DNA of 64,000 nt from a virus (taxonomy: Duplodnaviria; Caudoviricetes), in the IMG/VR virus record IMGVR_UViG_3300044580_000119, positions 5,513-69,512 of that record; one strand, 5' to 3'. The position numbers were made by a program, and so were the translations under genes. A model generated the notes under the pieces. It saw only the letters and a list, made by a program, of their open reading frames with translations, did not search any database and was not told where the DNA came from. Below are positions 20,973 through 29,865 of this stretch, one piece after another (the first letter of the stretch is position 1; every line of letters starts with the position of its first letter).

Positions 20973-21048
20973 AATAAGATAAAAATGTCCTATTTAATAA
21001 TAGGACAAAATAGTCCTGTTAAAGATAATAGGACAAAAATGTCCTATT
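20973..21048. promoter_or_regulatory. Three tandem 22-bp palindromes AATAGGAC-N6-GTCCTATT
   Basis: 20973-20994 (degenerate left arm), 20999-21020 (one mismatch), 21027-21048 (perfect arms). Confidence 0.8.
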
Positions 21049-21224
21049 TCTTTTCTTTTCTTTCAATCATACAAAAAACATAATTCATTAAAAATATAAA
21101 CTGCATAAAGTATTTTGAATAAAAGTAAAATAGTTGTAGAAAAATATTTTTCTCTGCATAAAACAAAATAAAAATCGGAATAAAAAATTAATTGTAATCA
21201 ATTCATAAAAATGTAATAACAAAC

Positions 21225-21257
21225 AAAAAAAAAGAGCATTCTTATGAATGCTCTTTT
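21225..21257 (-). terminator. Rho-independent terminator ending the leftward early cluster
   Basis: AAAAGAGCATTC-TTAT-GAATGCTCTTTT with an A run on the left (U tail on the minus strand). Confidence 0.8.
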
Positions 21258-21283
21258 AAAAGTAATAGAATATATTACTTATT

Positions 21284-21772
21284 TTAAGTAAGCCAGAACG
21301 CTTTACCGGACGCCGGCGCTCCTGTAACTTTGCTTGCGGCCTGTGATAGACTATTGCAATGAATTTTTTCATTTGGTGTAATTAGACAAAACACTTCATT
21401 TAAGTTAGTAATCAGTGTATAGTGTTTTTCTTTATACTGTTTTGAAATATTGAATATTTCAGTATTAGTAGTTATTTTAGTAAATATTTCATTAGCAATT
21501 TTCAAATCAATTTCAAAATATTCATTCAATAACTTCATTAAGTAATTTAGTGTAATTGGTGTAATTACTGCCATAAAATTCGGCGCTTCGTATTTAGCAA
21601 TCTCGTCGTTTGTTAAAACTCTTTTAACTTTTGTTTTTTCTAACGTTTGAAGTTTTTCCTGTAATGTTAGTTTTTCATTTTCAAGTTCAGCCTTTTCTTT
21701 TTCAAGCCTTGCAATTTTTTCCTGTAAAGACTCCTCAGAAGTCATTACATTGTTGTTAGTTAATTCATTCAT
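21284..21772 (-). CDS. Coiled-coil protein with C-terminal RAMA (DUF4357)-like domain
   Basis: C-terminus NSLSQAASKVTGAPASGKAFW resembles the S.S.AA..V.G...NG...W RAMA motif; start taken at MNELT. Confidence 0.6.
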   Translation of the reverse strand: MNELTNNNVMTSEESLQEKIARLEKEKAELENEKLTLQEKLQTLEKTKVKRVLTNDEIAKYEAPNFMAVITPITLNYLMKLLNEYFEIDLKIANEIFTKITTNTEIFNISKQYKEKHYTLITNLNEVFCLITPNEKIHCNSLSQAASKVTGAPASGKAFWLT

Positions 21773-21788
21773 TTTAAAATTCCTTAAA

Positions 21789-22049
21789 TTAGTTAATAAA
21801 ACTGTTAAAATCATTGTCAATTAATTCATTCATACAATTGTATTCAGTAGCCTCAATTAAAGAATACACTTCTTCAACTGTTTCAGCAAAATCAGAAAAT
21901 ACAATTCCCTGTATGTTTTCAATCATAACATAATAAGCATTTTCAACGCCTATGATTGTTATAGTGTAGTTATTTGTAGTTAATTGCAATGTTCTACTAT
22001 TAACTTTATTGCAATTAATCAATGCCTGTAATTCTTTCATTTTTTTCAT
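21789..22049 (-). CDS. Hypothetical protein, paralog of 23233-23496
   Basis: Shared YY.V.I....GIVF.D...T.EEV.SL.E. Confidence 0.7.
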   Translation of the reverse strand: MKKMKELQALINCNKVNSRTLQLTTNNYTITIIGVENAYYVMIENIQGIVFSDFAETVEEVYSLIEATEYNCMNELIDNDFNSFIN

Positions 22050-22060
22050 TTGTTTGACTC

Positions 22061-22180
22061 CTATAAATAATTAATAATGTAAATTATAATAAATGCAATT
22101 GTTAAAATTACATTCAACAGTAAAGAACTCTTTAGCTCTTTTTTCAAATTTTTTTCTTTTGTGCTCATTTTGTGCTCCAT
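22061..22180 (-). CDS. Small single-TM membrane peptide (39 aa)
   Basis: Hand translation MEHKMSTKEKNLKKELKSSLLLNVILTIAFIIIYIINYL; first ORF after the 22204-22230 motif. Confidence 0.55.
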   Translation of the reverse strand: MEHKMSTKEKNLKKELKSSLLLNVILTIAFIIIYIINYL

Positions 22181-22203
22181 TATTTAAATTATGTTCAATA
22201 ATA

Positions 22204-22230
22204 TAAACGTTTATAATATAACATTATTGT
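22204..22230 (-). promoter_or_regulatory. ACAATA-N15-CGTTTA promoter-like motif
   Basis: TAAACG at 22204-22209 and TATTGT at 22225-22230 on the + strand. Confidence 0.7.
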
Positions 22231-22429
22231 AAATAATTTAAATACTAATAAAATATAATATTTATATTTATTATTATTTTATTAATATTTATATTTTTAT
22301 AGTGTTCGGGGAATAATTGTAAAATCCCCCAGAACCAAAAATTTATTTTTTATATATATAAGTATGCTTACGGCATCGGCTGTAAAACTTATTTATATAA
22401 AAATTTTTCAAAGAACGAGTTATAAATAG

Positions 22430-22452
22430 GGGGCGCTAATATAAGGCGCCCC
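22430..22452 (-). terminator. GC hairpin downstream of the 22467 gene
   Basis: GGGGCGC-N9-GCGCCCC. Confidence 0.55.
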
Positions 22453-22466
22453 GTTTGAAACACAAT

Positions 22467-23243
22467 TTACTTCGCTTTATATTTACTCTTTCCAGTATCT
22501 AAGTATGTTGTTATATCTTTAATTATTATCTTCGAATCTACCTCACTCGAATAATACAACTCAGGGACGTAATCTTTATCTACAACTATATATTTACCTA
22601 TGAGTATCCTTATATATTTTTTAGCGCCTGGCAATATCTTTTTTAGCATCTTAATTGAGGGCACCCAGTTGCCTATCCATACTGCTGCATTACTTATCAA
22701 TATTGGCTCATCTATTATGTTAAAATGTCTCTGCACATTTAATAATAATTCATTCGCTGTAGAGCCTTCCATAGTTAAATCTCTATCATATTGCCAACGC
22801 ATAAATGTATCGTCCATTTCTTCATTACACCATTGACTCACATCTATCTTTACCCAAGATTCATTCTCTCGCCCCTTGTATGACTTCTGATCCTCAGGAC
22901 TTAGATCCCCAGTATTTACATTATTAGCATATCTAATTGCCTCAGTTGCGTTGTAGAATGTTTCTAAACACTCCTGCTGAGCACCACCACTTGTTACTAA
23001 TATTACATCGTATCTATAAAGGGGGGCACTGTCTTTCTTTATTGCAATTAGGGGCTCAATAGAATGAGCTAAATTGATAATACACCACGAAGCTCCATAT
23101 TTTTGTCCTTGATCCTCTTTCAATTTATACCACATTGCATCAACTACCGTTGATTGATAATTATCATAATAATCTCTGTTCCCTGCCCGACCATTATTAA
23201 TGTAATAGTCCATAGTATAATTTTTGTTTTTCTTAAAATTCAT
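22467..23243 (-). CDS. Hypothetical protein
   Basis: GAGGAG RBS before MNFKK. Confidence 0.65.
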   Translation of the reverse strand: MNFKKNKNYTMDYYINNGRAGNRDYYDNYQSTVVDAMWYKLKEDQGQKYGASWCIINLAHSIEPLIAIKKDSAPLYRYDVILVTSGGAQQECLETFYNATEAIRYANNVNTGDLSPEDQKSYKGRENESWVKIDVSQWCNEEMDDTFMRWQYDRDLTMEGSTANELLLNVQRHFNIIDEPILISNAAVWIGNWVPSIKMLKKILPGAKKYIRILIGKYIVVDKDYVPELYYSSEVDSKIIIKDITTYLDTGKSKYKAK

Positions 23244-23496
23244 AGTCAGACTCCTCGTCAAGTAAATCATAATATACTTCCATTATCGTAGCGCAAGACT
23301 CCACTAAACTACATACCTCCTCAATTGTGTCAACCATATCTTCAAATACTATGCCGTCTCTATCTTTAATAACTACGTTGTAATAATCATAAATTGTAGA
23401 GACTATAATATGATAATCGCCTCTGTTAGTTACGAAATGATGAGCGTCTATTTTATGGAAGCCCATAGTCTCTAATGTTAATGTTTCTCGTTTCAT
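23233..23496 (-). CDS. Hypothetical acidic protein, paralog of 21789-22049
   Basis: AAGGAG RBS; shared GIVF.D motif. Confidence 0.7.
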   Translation of the reverse strand: MKRETLTLETMGFHKIDAHHFVTNRGDYHIIVSTIYDYYNVVIKDRDGIVFEDMVDTIEEVCSLVESCATIMEVYYDLLDEESDYEF

Positions 23497-23507
23497 ATAA
23501 TACTCCT

Positions 23508-23921
23508 TTAATTAATTTCTTTATATTTAATATTGTTATTATTTTGTATCTCATAAAAGAACTCTTCAATATCTTGTTGATAGTCCTTCATTAGATCCCT
23601 GCGCATATCTACCAATAATAAATTTGCTAATGTTACAGAGTCTAAGTCTAAGACACCATACCCATCCCTGTGTGCAATGTATAAAGATAATTCCAACGAG
23701 TCATCATACTCATCTAAAAACTTCATTGCTTTACTGTATTTTTTTATGTTATTATCTTCAAACGCATCTCTGTAGTCTAAAAAATCTATCAATGACTCGA
23801 ATGGTGAATCCTCATCAATCTGGTCGTAATATTCCGGATCAATATAATCAGATAGTCGCCAATCTAAAAATTCAATTTGATCGAGTATCTGTTTAAATTG
23901 TTGTTTTTGTGATTCGTTCAT
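23508..23921 (-). CDS. Acidic helical protein, Ocr-like DNA-mimic candidate (paralog C)
   Basis: Very D/E rich; YSKAMKFLDEYDDSL..SL..A...GY...DLDS..LANLL. Confidence 0.55.
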   Translation of the reverse strand: MNESQKQQFKQILDQIEFLDWRLSDYIDPEYYDQIDEDSPFESLIDFLDYRDAFEDNNIKKYSKAMKFLDEYDDSLELSLYIAHRDGYGVLDLDSVTLANLLLVDMRRDLMKDYQQDIEEFFYEIQNNNNIKYKEIN

Positions 23922-23922
23922 T

Positions 23923-24210
23923 TTAAACTCCTTTATTAATATTATTTGTTTCTACAATTTGTTTATCTTCAATTGATACTTTCCATTGTTTCTTTTGTGT
24001 CTCAAAACTACTAAAATAATAGTTAAATACCTGCCTAACTTGTTCGAGTCTCTCTATTATGTCCTCCTTGTTTAGAAAATGATACTCATAACTTGTATCA
24101 TTAAGTTCATTATAAACATACATTATGTAATCAGTAGTAGCTTCTTCCCAAATCATAATATGTATCCCCTGAGGCACTACTGTAATTTTATCTTTAATTG
24201 CCTCGTTCAT
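23923..24210 (-). CDS. Hypothetical protein
   Basis: GAGGAGG RBS; tiled in the operon. Confidence 0.65.
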   Translation of the reverse strand: MNEAIKDKITVVPQGIHIMIWEEATTDYIMYVYNELNDTSYEYHFLNKEDIIERLEQVRQVFNYYFSSFETQKKQWKVSIEDKQIVETNNINKGV

Positions 24211-24611
24211 TATAGATCCTCCTCTGTGTTTCGTATCCTCGAAAAGAACTCTTCAATTTCCCGCTCACGATCCTCAACCGATCCTAAACATAATTGAGAG
24301 TATAACAAATTTGCTAATATTTCTGAATCGATTTCATAAATCGAGTATCCTACGTCCCCAGCATAACGTAATGTATATACCATAGACGCATCGTTCTCCT
24401 GCAAGAAAGCCATCGCCGAGTCATAACCTATAATTTCGCCTGTTTCGAATGCACTGTTATCCTTGAGATGTCCTATAATTGAATCGTATGGGTGCTCGAA
24501 GTCTATATCTTTCTCATAATTCTCGGGATCGAAATAATCAGAGACTGACCATTCACCAAAACCGATCCCTATTAAGAACTTCGTAATTTCATTTTTTGTT
24601 GATTCTGTCAT
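24210..24611 (-). CDS. Acidic helical protein, Ocr-like DNA-mimic candidate (paralog B)
   Basis: EIIGYDSAMAFLQENDAS...L..A...GY...EIDSEILANLL. Confidence 0.55.
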   Translation of the reverse strand: MTESTKNEITKFLIGIGFGEWSVSDYFDPENYEKDIDFEHPYDSIIGHLKDNSAFETGEIIGYDSAMAFLQENDASMVYTLRYAGDVGYSIYEIDSEILANLLYSQLCLGSVEDREREIEEFFSRIRNTEEDL

Positions 24612-24613
24612 TT

Positions 24614-25003
24614 TTAATACTCCTTTAAATTTTTAAAAAATTTATTAATATTGTCTGATTCGTCTGCTAAATCTTCTTTAATTATGTCCATTTCTAATAT
24701 ACTCGCTAATATACATATATTTAAATCCTCAATCTTGAGCCCTTTCTGCGCAGCTAATTTTAATGAACACGTTAAATCTGAGTCGAAATCCCTTAAAAAA
24801 TCTATTGCTTGATCACTGTCCAGGAATAGATCCACATAGTCGAGCCCTCCACATTTTTCTAAATAGTCCATTATAGAATTATAAGCATCATCAAAATCAA
24901 TGCTATCGTATTCCCCCGGTGCGTAATAATCAAGTATGCTCCAATTTCCAATAGAAAATGTATTCAAATAATTTTCTATTTTATTTTTTGTTGATTCTGT
25001 CAT
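24614..25003 (-). CDS. Acidic helical protein, Ocr-like DNA-mimic candidate (paralog A)
   Basis: MTESTKN start identical to paralog B; DQAIDFLRDFDSDL..SL.LA...G...EDLN..ILASIL. Confidence 0.55.
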   Translation of the reverse strand: MTESTKNKIENYLNTFSIGNWSILDYYAPGEYDSIDFDDAYNSIMDYLEKCGGLDYVDLFLDSDQAIDFLRDFDSDLTCSLKLAAQKGLKIEDLNICILASILEMDIIKEDLADESDNINKFFKNLKEY

Positions 25004-25014
25004 TTTAATACTCC

Positions 25015-25431
25015 TTATAAATAATGTTTATTAATAAAATTATAAATTGTTTTCATAATTGTGTCGGCTGTAATAGAATCATTGAAAAAACACTCTTCTA
25101 TACCTAAATCATCGGCGAGTCTGCTGATGCGTGTATTGGCGTCATTGTTTATAACAATTGACAAAATGAATTTAGGATTCAAGTCCTCTATAATATTGGT
25201 ATCGCTTATTAGTAATGGTCGGTTAGATACACGTATGTAGTAGTCATCAAAAGGATAGTCTGTGTCGGGATCTTCAAAATCCCATTCGTTATATGTAGTT
25301 TCGCCGTTGCTTACTAATATAAAATATAGTCCTGAATGTTTGATCCATCCAGGGTATCCAATATAATTTTGCAATTGATGCACTGTCTCGAGTGCATCAT
25401 CATTAAATATCATATTCAATGTTTCTTTCAT
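25015..25431 (-). CDS. Hypothetical acidic protein
   Basis: AAGGAG RBS; tiled. Confidence 0.65.
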   Translation of the reverse strand: MKETLNMIFNDDALETVHQLQNYIGYPGWIKHSGLYFILVSNGETTYNEWDFEDPDTDYPFDDYYIRVSNRPLLISDTNIIEDLNPKFILSIVINNDANTRISRLADDLGIEECFFNDSITADTIMKTIYNFINKHYL

Positions 25432-25800
25432 TTAATACTCCTTTAATTTTATTGTTAAAATTTTATTTTTTATTAAATTTAAATCATCCAATAGAATCTG
25501 TAATTTCGACACTAATTCTTTGCCTCCATTCATCTCGTAATCTGTATGGATGCAAGCAATTACATAACCCAGTTTCTTTAAAACTATATCGGATGATTCA
25601 CATACATAGTATTCCTGTGTATGTGCTTTAATATTATGTTTCGCAATTAAAACATACTCATCGTGTCTAATTGCCTGAACTGTAAATGTATCATAATAGA
25701 ACCAACGAACCATATCAGGTCCGCTCTCTATTATATAATCAGAATCAAATAACTCTAATAATTGAAACTCTGATTCGTATTTTGTTAATTGTTGTTTCAT
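25432..25800 (-). CDS. Hypothetical protein
   Basis: Tiled ORF with RBS. Confidence 0.65.
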   Translation of the reverse strand: MKQQLTKYESEFQLLELFDSDYIIESGPDMVRWFYYDTFTVQAIRHDEYVLIAKHNIKAHTQEYYVCESSDIVLKKLGYVIACIHTDYEMNGGKELVSKLQILLDDLNLIKNKILTIKLKEY

Positions 25801-26258
25801 TATATTACCTCTGTTATGTTTCTAAATACTTTCTTTTGATACTCTAATAAATATTCGTAAATCTTTTCAAAAAATATTTTATTGCTTTCCGCTTCATCTT
25901 CCCTCGTGCTTTCTAATGCACCGCGGTATGTGTTTTTGCTATGCAACGAAAAACCACCATCACAATAAGAACATCTCATTATAATCCGATCACCAAGTAA
26001 TTTGTGATTCCGCAATAGTGTCTCTGTCATTACTGTCTCAATATTAACTATGTCCCTTAACATTGCCTCGAAGGTGTCGTAACTATATCTTCTGTACTCA
26101 TTCGTGCCTATATAGTATATTAATACATTGAACTCAGAGTCTTGGCAAAATATTAAATGAACATTTAAATCGTACCAATTAGCCCATATAGACTCTGTAG
26201 ATTTTGAGAGGACTCTGTCCAAGTCCTCTCTGCTTTGCGAATCATAAATAGTTTTCAT
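25800..26258 (-). CDS. Hypothetical protein (first gene of the leftward early operon)
   Basis: Downstream of the 26302-26328 motif. Confidence 0.65.
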   Translation of the reverse strand: MKTIYDSQSREDLDRVLSKSTESIWANWYDLNVHLIFCQDSEFNVLIYYIGTNEYRRYSYDTFEAMLRDIVNIETVMTETLLRNHKLLGDRIIMRCSYCDGGFSLHSKNTYRGALESTREDEAESNKIFFEKIYEYLLEYQKKVFRNITEVI

Positions 26259-26301
26259 AAAAAATTCCTTTTTTTATATTTAGTAAATGTTTGTAAGTTT
26301 A

Positions 26302-26328
26302 TAAACGTTCTTATAATAATTTTATTGT
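26302..26328 (-). promoter_or_regulatory. ACAATA-N15-CGTTTA promoter-like motif
   Basis: TAAACG at 26302-26307, TATTGT at 26323-26328. Confidence 0.7.
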
Positions 26329-26454
26329 AAATGTATAACTATTTATTTATATAGTAGTTATACACCCCCCCATTAATTATTGCTTATAATCACTTTTAGT
26401 ATATATAAGTTTGCTTACAGCGTAAGTAATTGATTTATAAGGTATTTGGAATTT

Positions 26455-26481
26455 ACAATATTTTTTTTATTTATTCGTTAT
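26455..26481 (+). promoter_or_regulatory. ACAATA-N15-CGTTAT promoter-like motif
   Basis: Same 15-nt spacing. Confidence 0.6.
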
Positions 26482-26506
26482 ATATATATAAGGTTGTCGA
26501 AAAAGG

Positions 26507-26537
26507 TTTGTTATTTGAAAAAAATTATGTAATTTTG
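26507..26537 (+). promoter_or_regulatory. Bacteroidota-type promoter TTTG-N19-TAATTTTG
   Basis: Exact consensus upstream of the dnaN operon. Confidence 0.7.
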
Positions 26538-26604
26538 TGAAATTGTTTTACTGTATTTTTGAAAATCTTAATTAAGTTCTTTAAAATCAATTAATTAGAA
26601 ATAT

Positions 26605-26631
26605 ACAATAAAAAATAAACTAATTCGTTTA
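26605..26631 (+). promoter_or_regulatory. ACAATA-N15-CGTTTA promoter-like motif
   Basis: About 45 bp upstream of the dnaN ATG. Confidence 0.7.
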
Positions 26632-26675
26632 TATTAATGTTTTAAAAAATGTTTTAAAAAAAAGAAGGTTTTGAT

Positions 26676-27977
26676 ATGATTATTCTGTATTCGGCAGAGT
26701 TATTAGATAGCGTAAAGAAGTGTGAAGCTTTTTTGAAGCTATTAGGGTTAACAAATCAAAATATTATAAGATTGAAGTGGGTTGCCAATAATCAAGGTGA
26801 CTCATATATGTATCTTATATTAAATGACGTAGGGTTAATTAGTGAAAACGAGAGGTATGATTTAGAGGTTCCAATACTAATTCGGGAGTGTGATGTAGAT
26901 GCGAATGTAGATGTCTACGTAGATTACCAATATTTCAAAGCATTGATACAATCACAATTCATCTCTGCGAAAAAAGGTATCGATATAGTAATTTTGGAAT
27001 ACTACCCAGAACTAGGAAGTATAGTATTGCAGAATCAAATAGGTGGAATATTTGAAATTAAAGTTAACGAAGAAGCTATCGAGCCATCGCACGACTTTAT
27101 AGATTATAATGCATACATAAAATCTACAGAGTCAAATTTTTCTTTGGATAGTCATCAGGTGCTCGATATATTCAAATTGTTATATACTCACAGGGCAAAT
27201 AAAGAAACTTATCGCCCTGCAATGTGCAATTACTATATTAAAGTTATTGATAAGCAAGCGGTCGAGGCTGCAACTACTGATGGCTATTCACTTGGTATAT
27301 TGAAATTAAATGGTGCTCATTACCCATTGACACCACCATTCGACCCTGAAGGCTATATATTACCGCCTGTGTTTATTGATTTAGCGCAAAAACTCAAAAC
27401 AGGTATGAGTGTGTTTGCACATCGGGAGCCAGGTGAAAATAGTAAATATTACGATTCAATTATTACAGTGAATAATTCATATATCTTATCTACACAAACT
27501 CGTATTGCACGAGAATTTCCAGCTTACAACACTATTGTCCCACCTCCAGAAACCAAACCTTACCATTGGACTATTGCATTAGAGTCGTTAGGTAACATAG
27601 TCCAGGTAATCAAAACATTTAAAAATAAAGAACGAGCTAATTATAGCAGACAACTAAAATTAATGTTTAAAGAGTCGCCAGAGCTAGAAATATATGCTTT
27701 ATCTGATGGCTGGATACGTCCGCAAGGTGATGATAAAGCTGAACTAAAATGGAACTTTAAACAAGGTATGGAGTTTAATTGCCCGGGCTTTACAATAGGA
27801 TTAATGTTGGAGCAGTTAGAAACTTTATATAATGAATTTAGCAAAATTGATAAGACAGGAATTATACAAATCTATTTTGACGAATCAAATCTGAGATCAA
27901 TTATTGCGGTACTAGATGGATACGAAAATTACCTGGAGGCTGATTTTATGGACTTATTTATGCCAGTACGCTTGTGA
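26676..27977 (+). CDS. dnaN: DNA polymerase III beta sliding clamp homolog (divergent)
   Basis: RPAM, AATTDGYSL, EFPAYNTIVP, IGL, C-terminal LFMPVRL. Confidence 0.8.
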   Translation: MIILYSAELLDSVKKCEAFLKLLGLTNQNIIRLKWVANNQGDSYMYLILNDVGLISENERYDLEVPILIRECDVDANVDVYVDYQYFKALIQSQFISAKKGIDIVILEYYPELGSIVLQNQIGGIFEIKVNEEAIEPSHDFIDYNAYIKSTESNFSLDSHQVLDIFKLLYTHRANKETYRPAMCNYYIKVIDKQAVEAATTDGYSLGILKLNGAHYPLTPPFDPEGYILPPVFIDLAQKLKTGMSVFAHREPGENSKYYDSIITVNNSYILSTQTRIAREFPAYNTIVPPPETKPYHWTIALESLGNIVQVIKTFKNKERANYSRQLKLMFKESPELEIYALSDGWIRPQGDDKAELKWNFKQGMEFNCPGFTIGLMLEQLETLYNEFSKIDKTGIIQIYFDESNLRSIIAVLDGYENYLEADFMDLFMPVRL

Positions 27978-28660
27978 AAGATACAGATATAAATATAATG
28001 CAAACAGTAGAGGAAGTAGTATCACGCTACTTCCCCACTGTGCAATTATCGTCACCATCAAGACGAGCTAATTACGTCCAGGCACGACAGTATTTTGCTT
28101 GGATATGCACAAAATTAAATGTGCCAGAAACATATATAGCAGAGTATCTTAATAGAAATCACGCTTCAATTTATCGAATGAATATGAATACTCAAAATTA
28201 TATATGTTTATACACTACATTTAGAAAAAACATAATCAATATATATAAGGATTATATCAAAATGACGCAAAAATATGTATATAGAAAGGTTTTTATTACG
28301 TTCCCCGACTTATACCATACATTAGAGAATATAAAGGCACCACGCCCCCAGGAACAACTTATTATCTATATTGACAATATATATAAGATGAAAGATTTAG
28401 AATTGCTATTAAAAAGCAATGAAACAATTAAATTGATATTAAAATCTACATACAGAAAACCTGCTACTATCGCAACGTTAAAGGAATATAAACTCTTAAC
28501 TATTGATTTGCGAGCTAAACATTTTGATAATCATTTAATTGATAATACATATCAAGATATAATAAGCGAGGCAATAGATATGTTAATGTTCGTATTGCCC
28601 ATTCTTTATAAGTATCAAACTGTTTTAATGTTAAATGAACAAGAATATAAACTAATTTAA
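27974..28660 (+). CDS. DnaA domain-IV-like HTH protein with unknown C-terminal domain
   Basis: V.EVVSRYF...L.S.SRR..YVQARQ.F......IA.YLNRNHASI; no AAA+ domain. Confidence 0.7.
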   Translation: MKDTDINIMQTVEEVVSRYFPTVQLSSPSRRANYVQARQYFAWICTKLNVPETYIAEYLNRNHASIYRMNMNTQNYICLYTTFRKNIINIYKDYIKMTQKYVYRKVFITFPDLYHTLENIKAPRPQEQLIIYIDNIYKMKDLELLLKSNETIKLILKSTYRKPATIATLKEYKLLTIDLRAKHFDNHLIDNTYQDIISEAIDMLMFVLPILYKYQTVLMLNEQEYKLI

Positions 28661-28674
28661 AAAAAGGTATTATT

Positions 28675-28893
28675 ATGAGAATATTAAAAATAACTTCACA
28701 AAATCGTAGAGATTTTCACGCAATTTATGAATGCGAACACTGTGGCTATACTACACCAGAACGTAGTGGGTATGATGATTCTTATTTCCATAATGTAGTA
28801 ATTCCAAAAATGGTATGCCCAGAATGTGGGAAAACAGCATCCTCTGATTATCAACCGCAGGCACCTAAATACCCTGATTCACAAGTATTATAA
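28675..28893 (+). CDS. Zinc-ribbon protein
   Basis: CEHCG...CPECG. Confidence 0.75.
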   Translation: MRILKITSQNRRDFHAIYECEHCGYTTPERSGYDDSYFHNVVIPKMVCPECGKTASSDYQPQAPKYPDSQVL

Positions 28894-28931
28894 ATATCTT
28901 AATACATTAAAAAACAAAGAGGAATAAAAAA

Positions 28932-29303
28932 ATGAGTGATAATTTTCTGAAAAACTTAGAAAATCTAAAATATTATGATGATATGCAAATGATTTTTAAT
29001 ATTTTATTGAAATTATTTGTTAGAGATGGTAAGGTGGTTGGATTTCATATGGATAATGAATATTGTGAATGTGCATTAAAAATTGTCTATTGGCAATACG
29101 CCAATAAAATATTAATATCTTTTGCAGATGATGAAAATGACCCTGAGGTGTGCGGAAATATGTTGGATGTATATAATGCTTTATTAGAATATACAAAAGA
29201 AATAGCCGCACCAGGATGGGAAAATGAGGCAGAGTATCTATTAGCGGGGAAATGTGCAGAAACTGTTATGGAATTAAATAATTTAAAAAATAAAAAGGAA
29301 TAA
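28932..29303 (+). CDS. Hypothetical protein, paralogous to the N-terminus of 29866-31017
   Basis: Shared C..M.DVY.A...Y/F and E.EA...L...CA..V pattern. Confidence 0.65.
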   Translation: MSDNFLKNLENLKYYDDMQMIFNILLKLFVRDGKVVGFHMDNEYCECALKIVYWQYANKILISFADDENDPEVCGNMLDVYNALLEYTKEIAAPGWENEAEYLLAGKCAETVMELNNLKNKKE

Positions 29304-29306
29304 AAA

Positions 29307-29663
29307 ATGGATAATACTGCAGAAATAAAAAAACCAACAATTGAGGAATATTTTGGTATTCCTGAAATACCAGATACAACGAGCATTAATTTAAATCAAA
29401 TAATTGGTACCATTATAAAGAATAGAAAAAAAGCAAGTGAGTATGAATATTTATGTCGCACGTCAGGGGATGAATGCGGACATATGGACGTATTTGATGA
29501 TATTCGTTTTGACTTAGCAGGTGCAGGTGATGACTTAAAGCAAATAAGCAACGAGATTGATGAATTGCGTGCAATAGCAAATCAATGGAAAGGTATAGCC
29601 CAGAGATTCGTAGATATTTACGGGAGTCTTCGGGAAGAAGAGGAGAATGAAGATGAAGATTGA
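29307..29663 (+). CDS. Hypothetical protein, paralog of 40016-40357
   Basis: CR.SG..CGH.D.F.DIRF.LAG. Confidence 0.7.
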   Translation: MDNTAEIKKPTIEEYFGIPEIPDTTSINLNQIIGTIIKNRKKASEYEYLCRTSGDECGHMDVFDDIRFDLAGAGDDLKQISNEIDELRAIANQWKGIAQRFVDIYGSLREEEENEDED

Positions 29664-29850
29664 CCTTAAATTAAGACAAGCAGTTGTGTTTGCAATACTA
29701 ATGGAAGGCAACGGTGGTATACTTAATAAAGCACCCGTATATATTAGAGAAAAACTGAACGTATTCAATATGGACGACCCTGAGGTATTGCTTGATTTTA
29801 TGAATCTGCAAAAATATAATGTCTATATAGATAAGTGGCTAGACAATTAA
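29647..29850 (+). CDS. Hypothetical protein
   Basis: GAGGAG RBS; tiled. Confidence 0.6.
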   Translation: MKMKIDLKLRQAVVFAILMEGNGGILNKAPVYIREKLNVFNMDDPEVLLDFMNLQKYNVYIDKWLDN

Positions 29851-29865
29851 ATATAAAGGGAAAAA

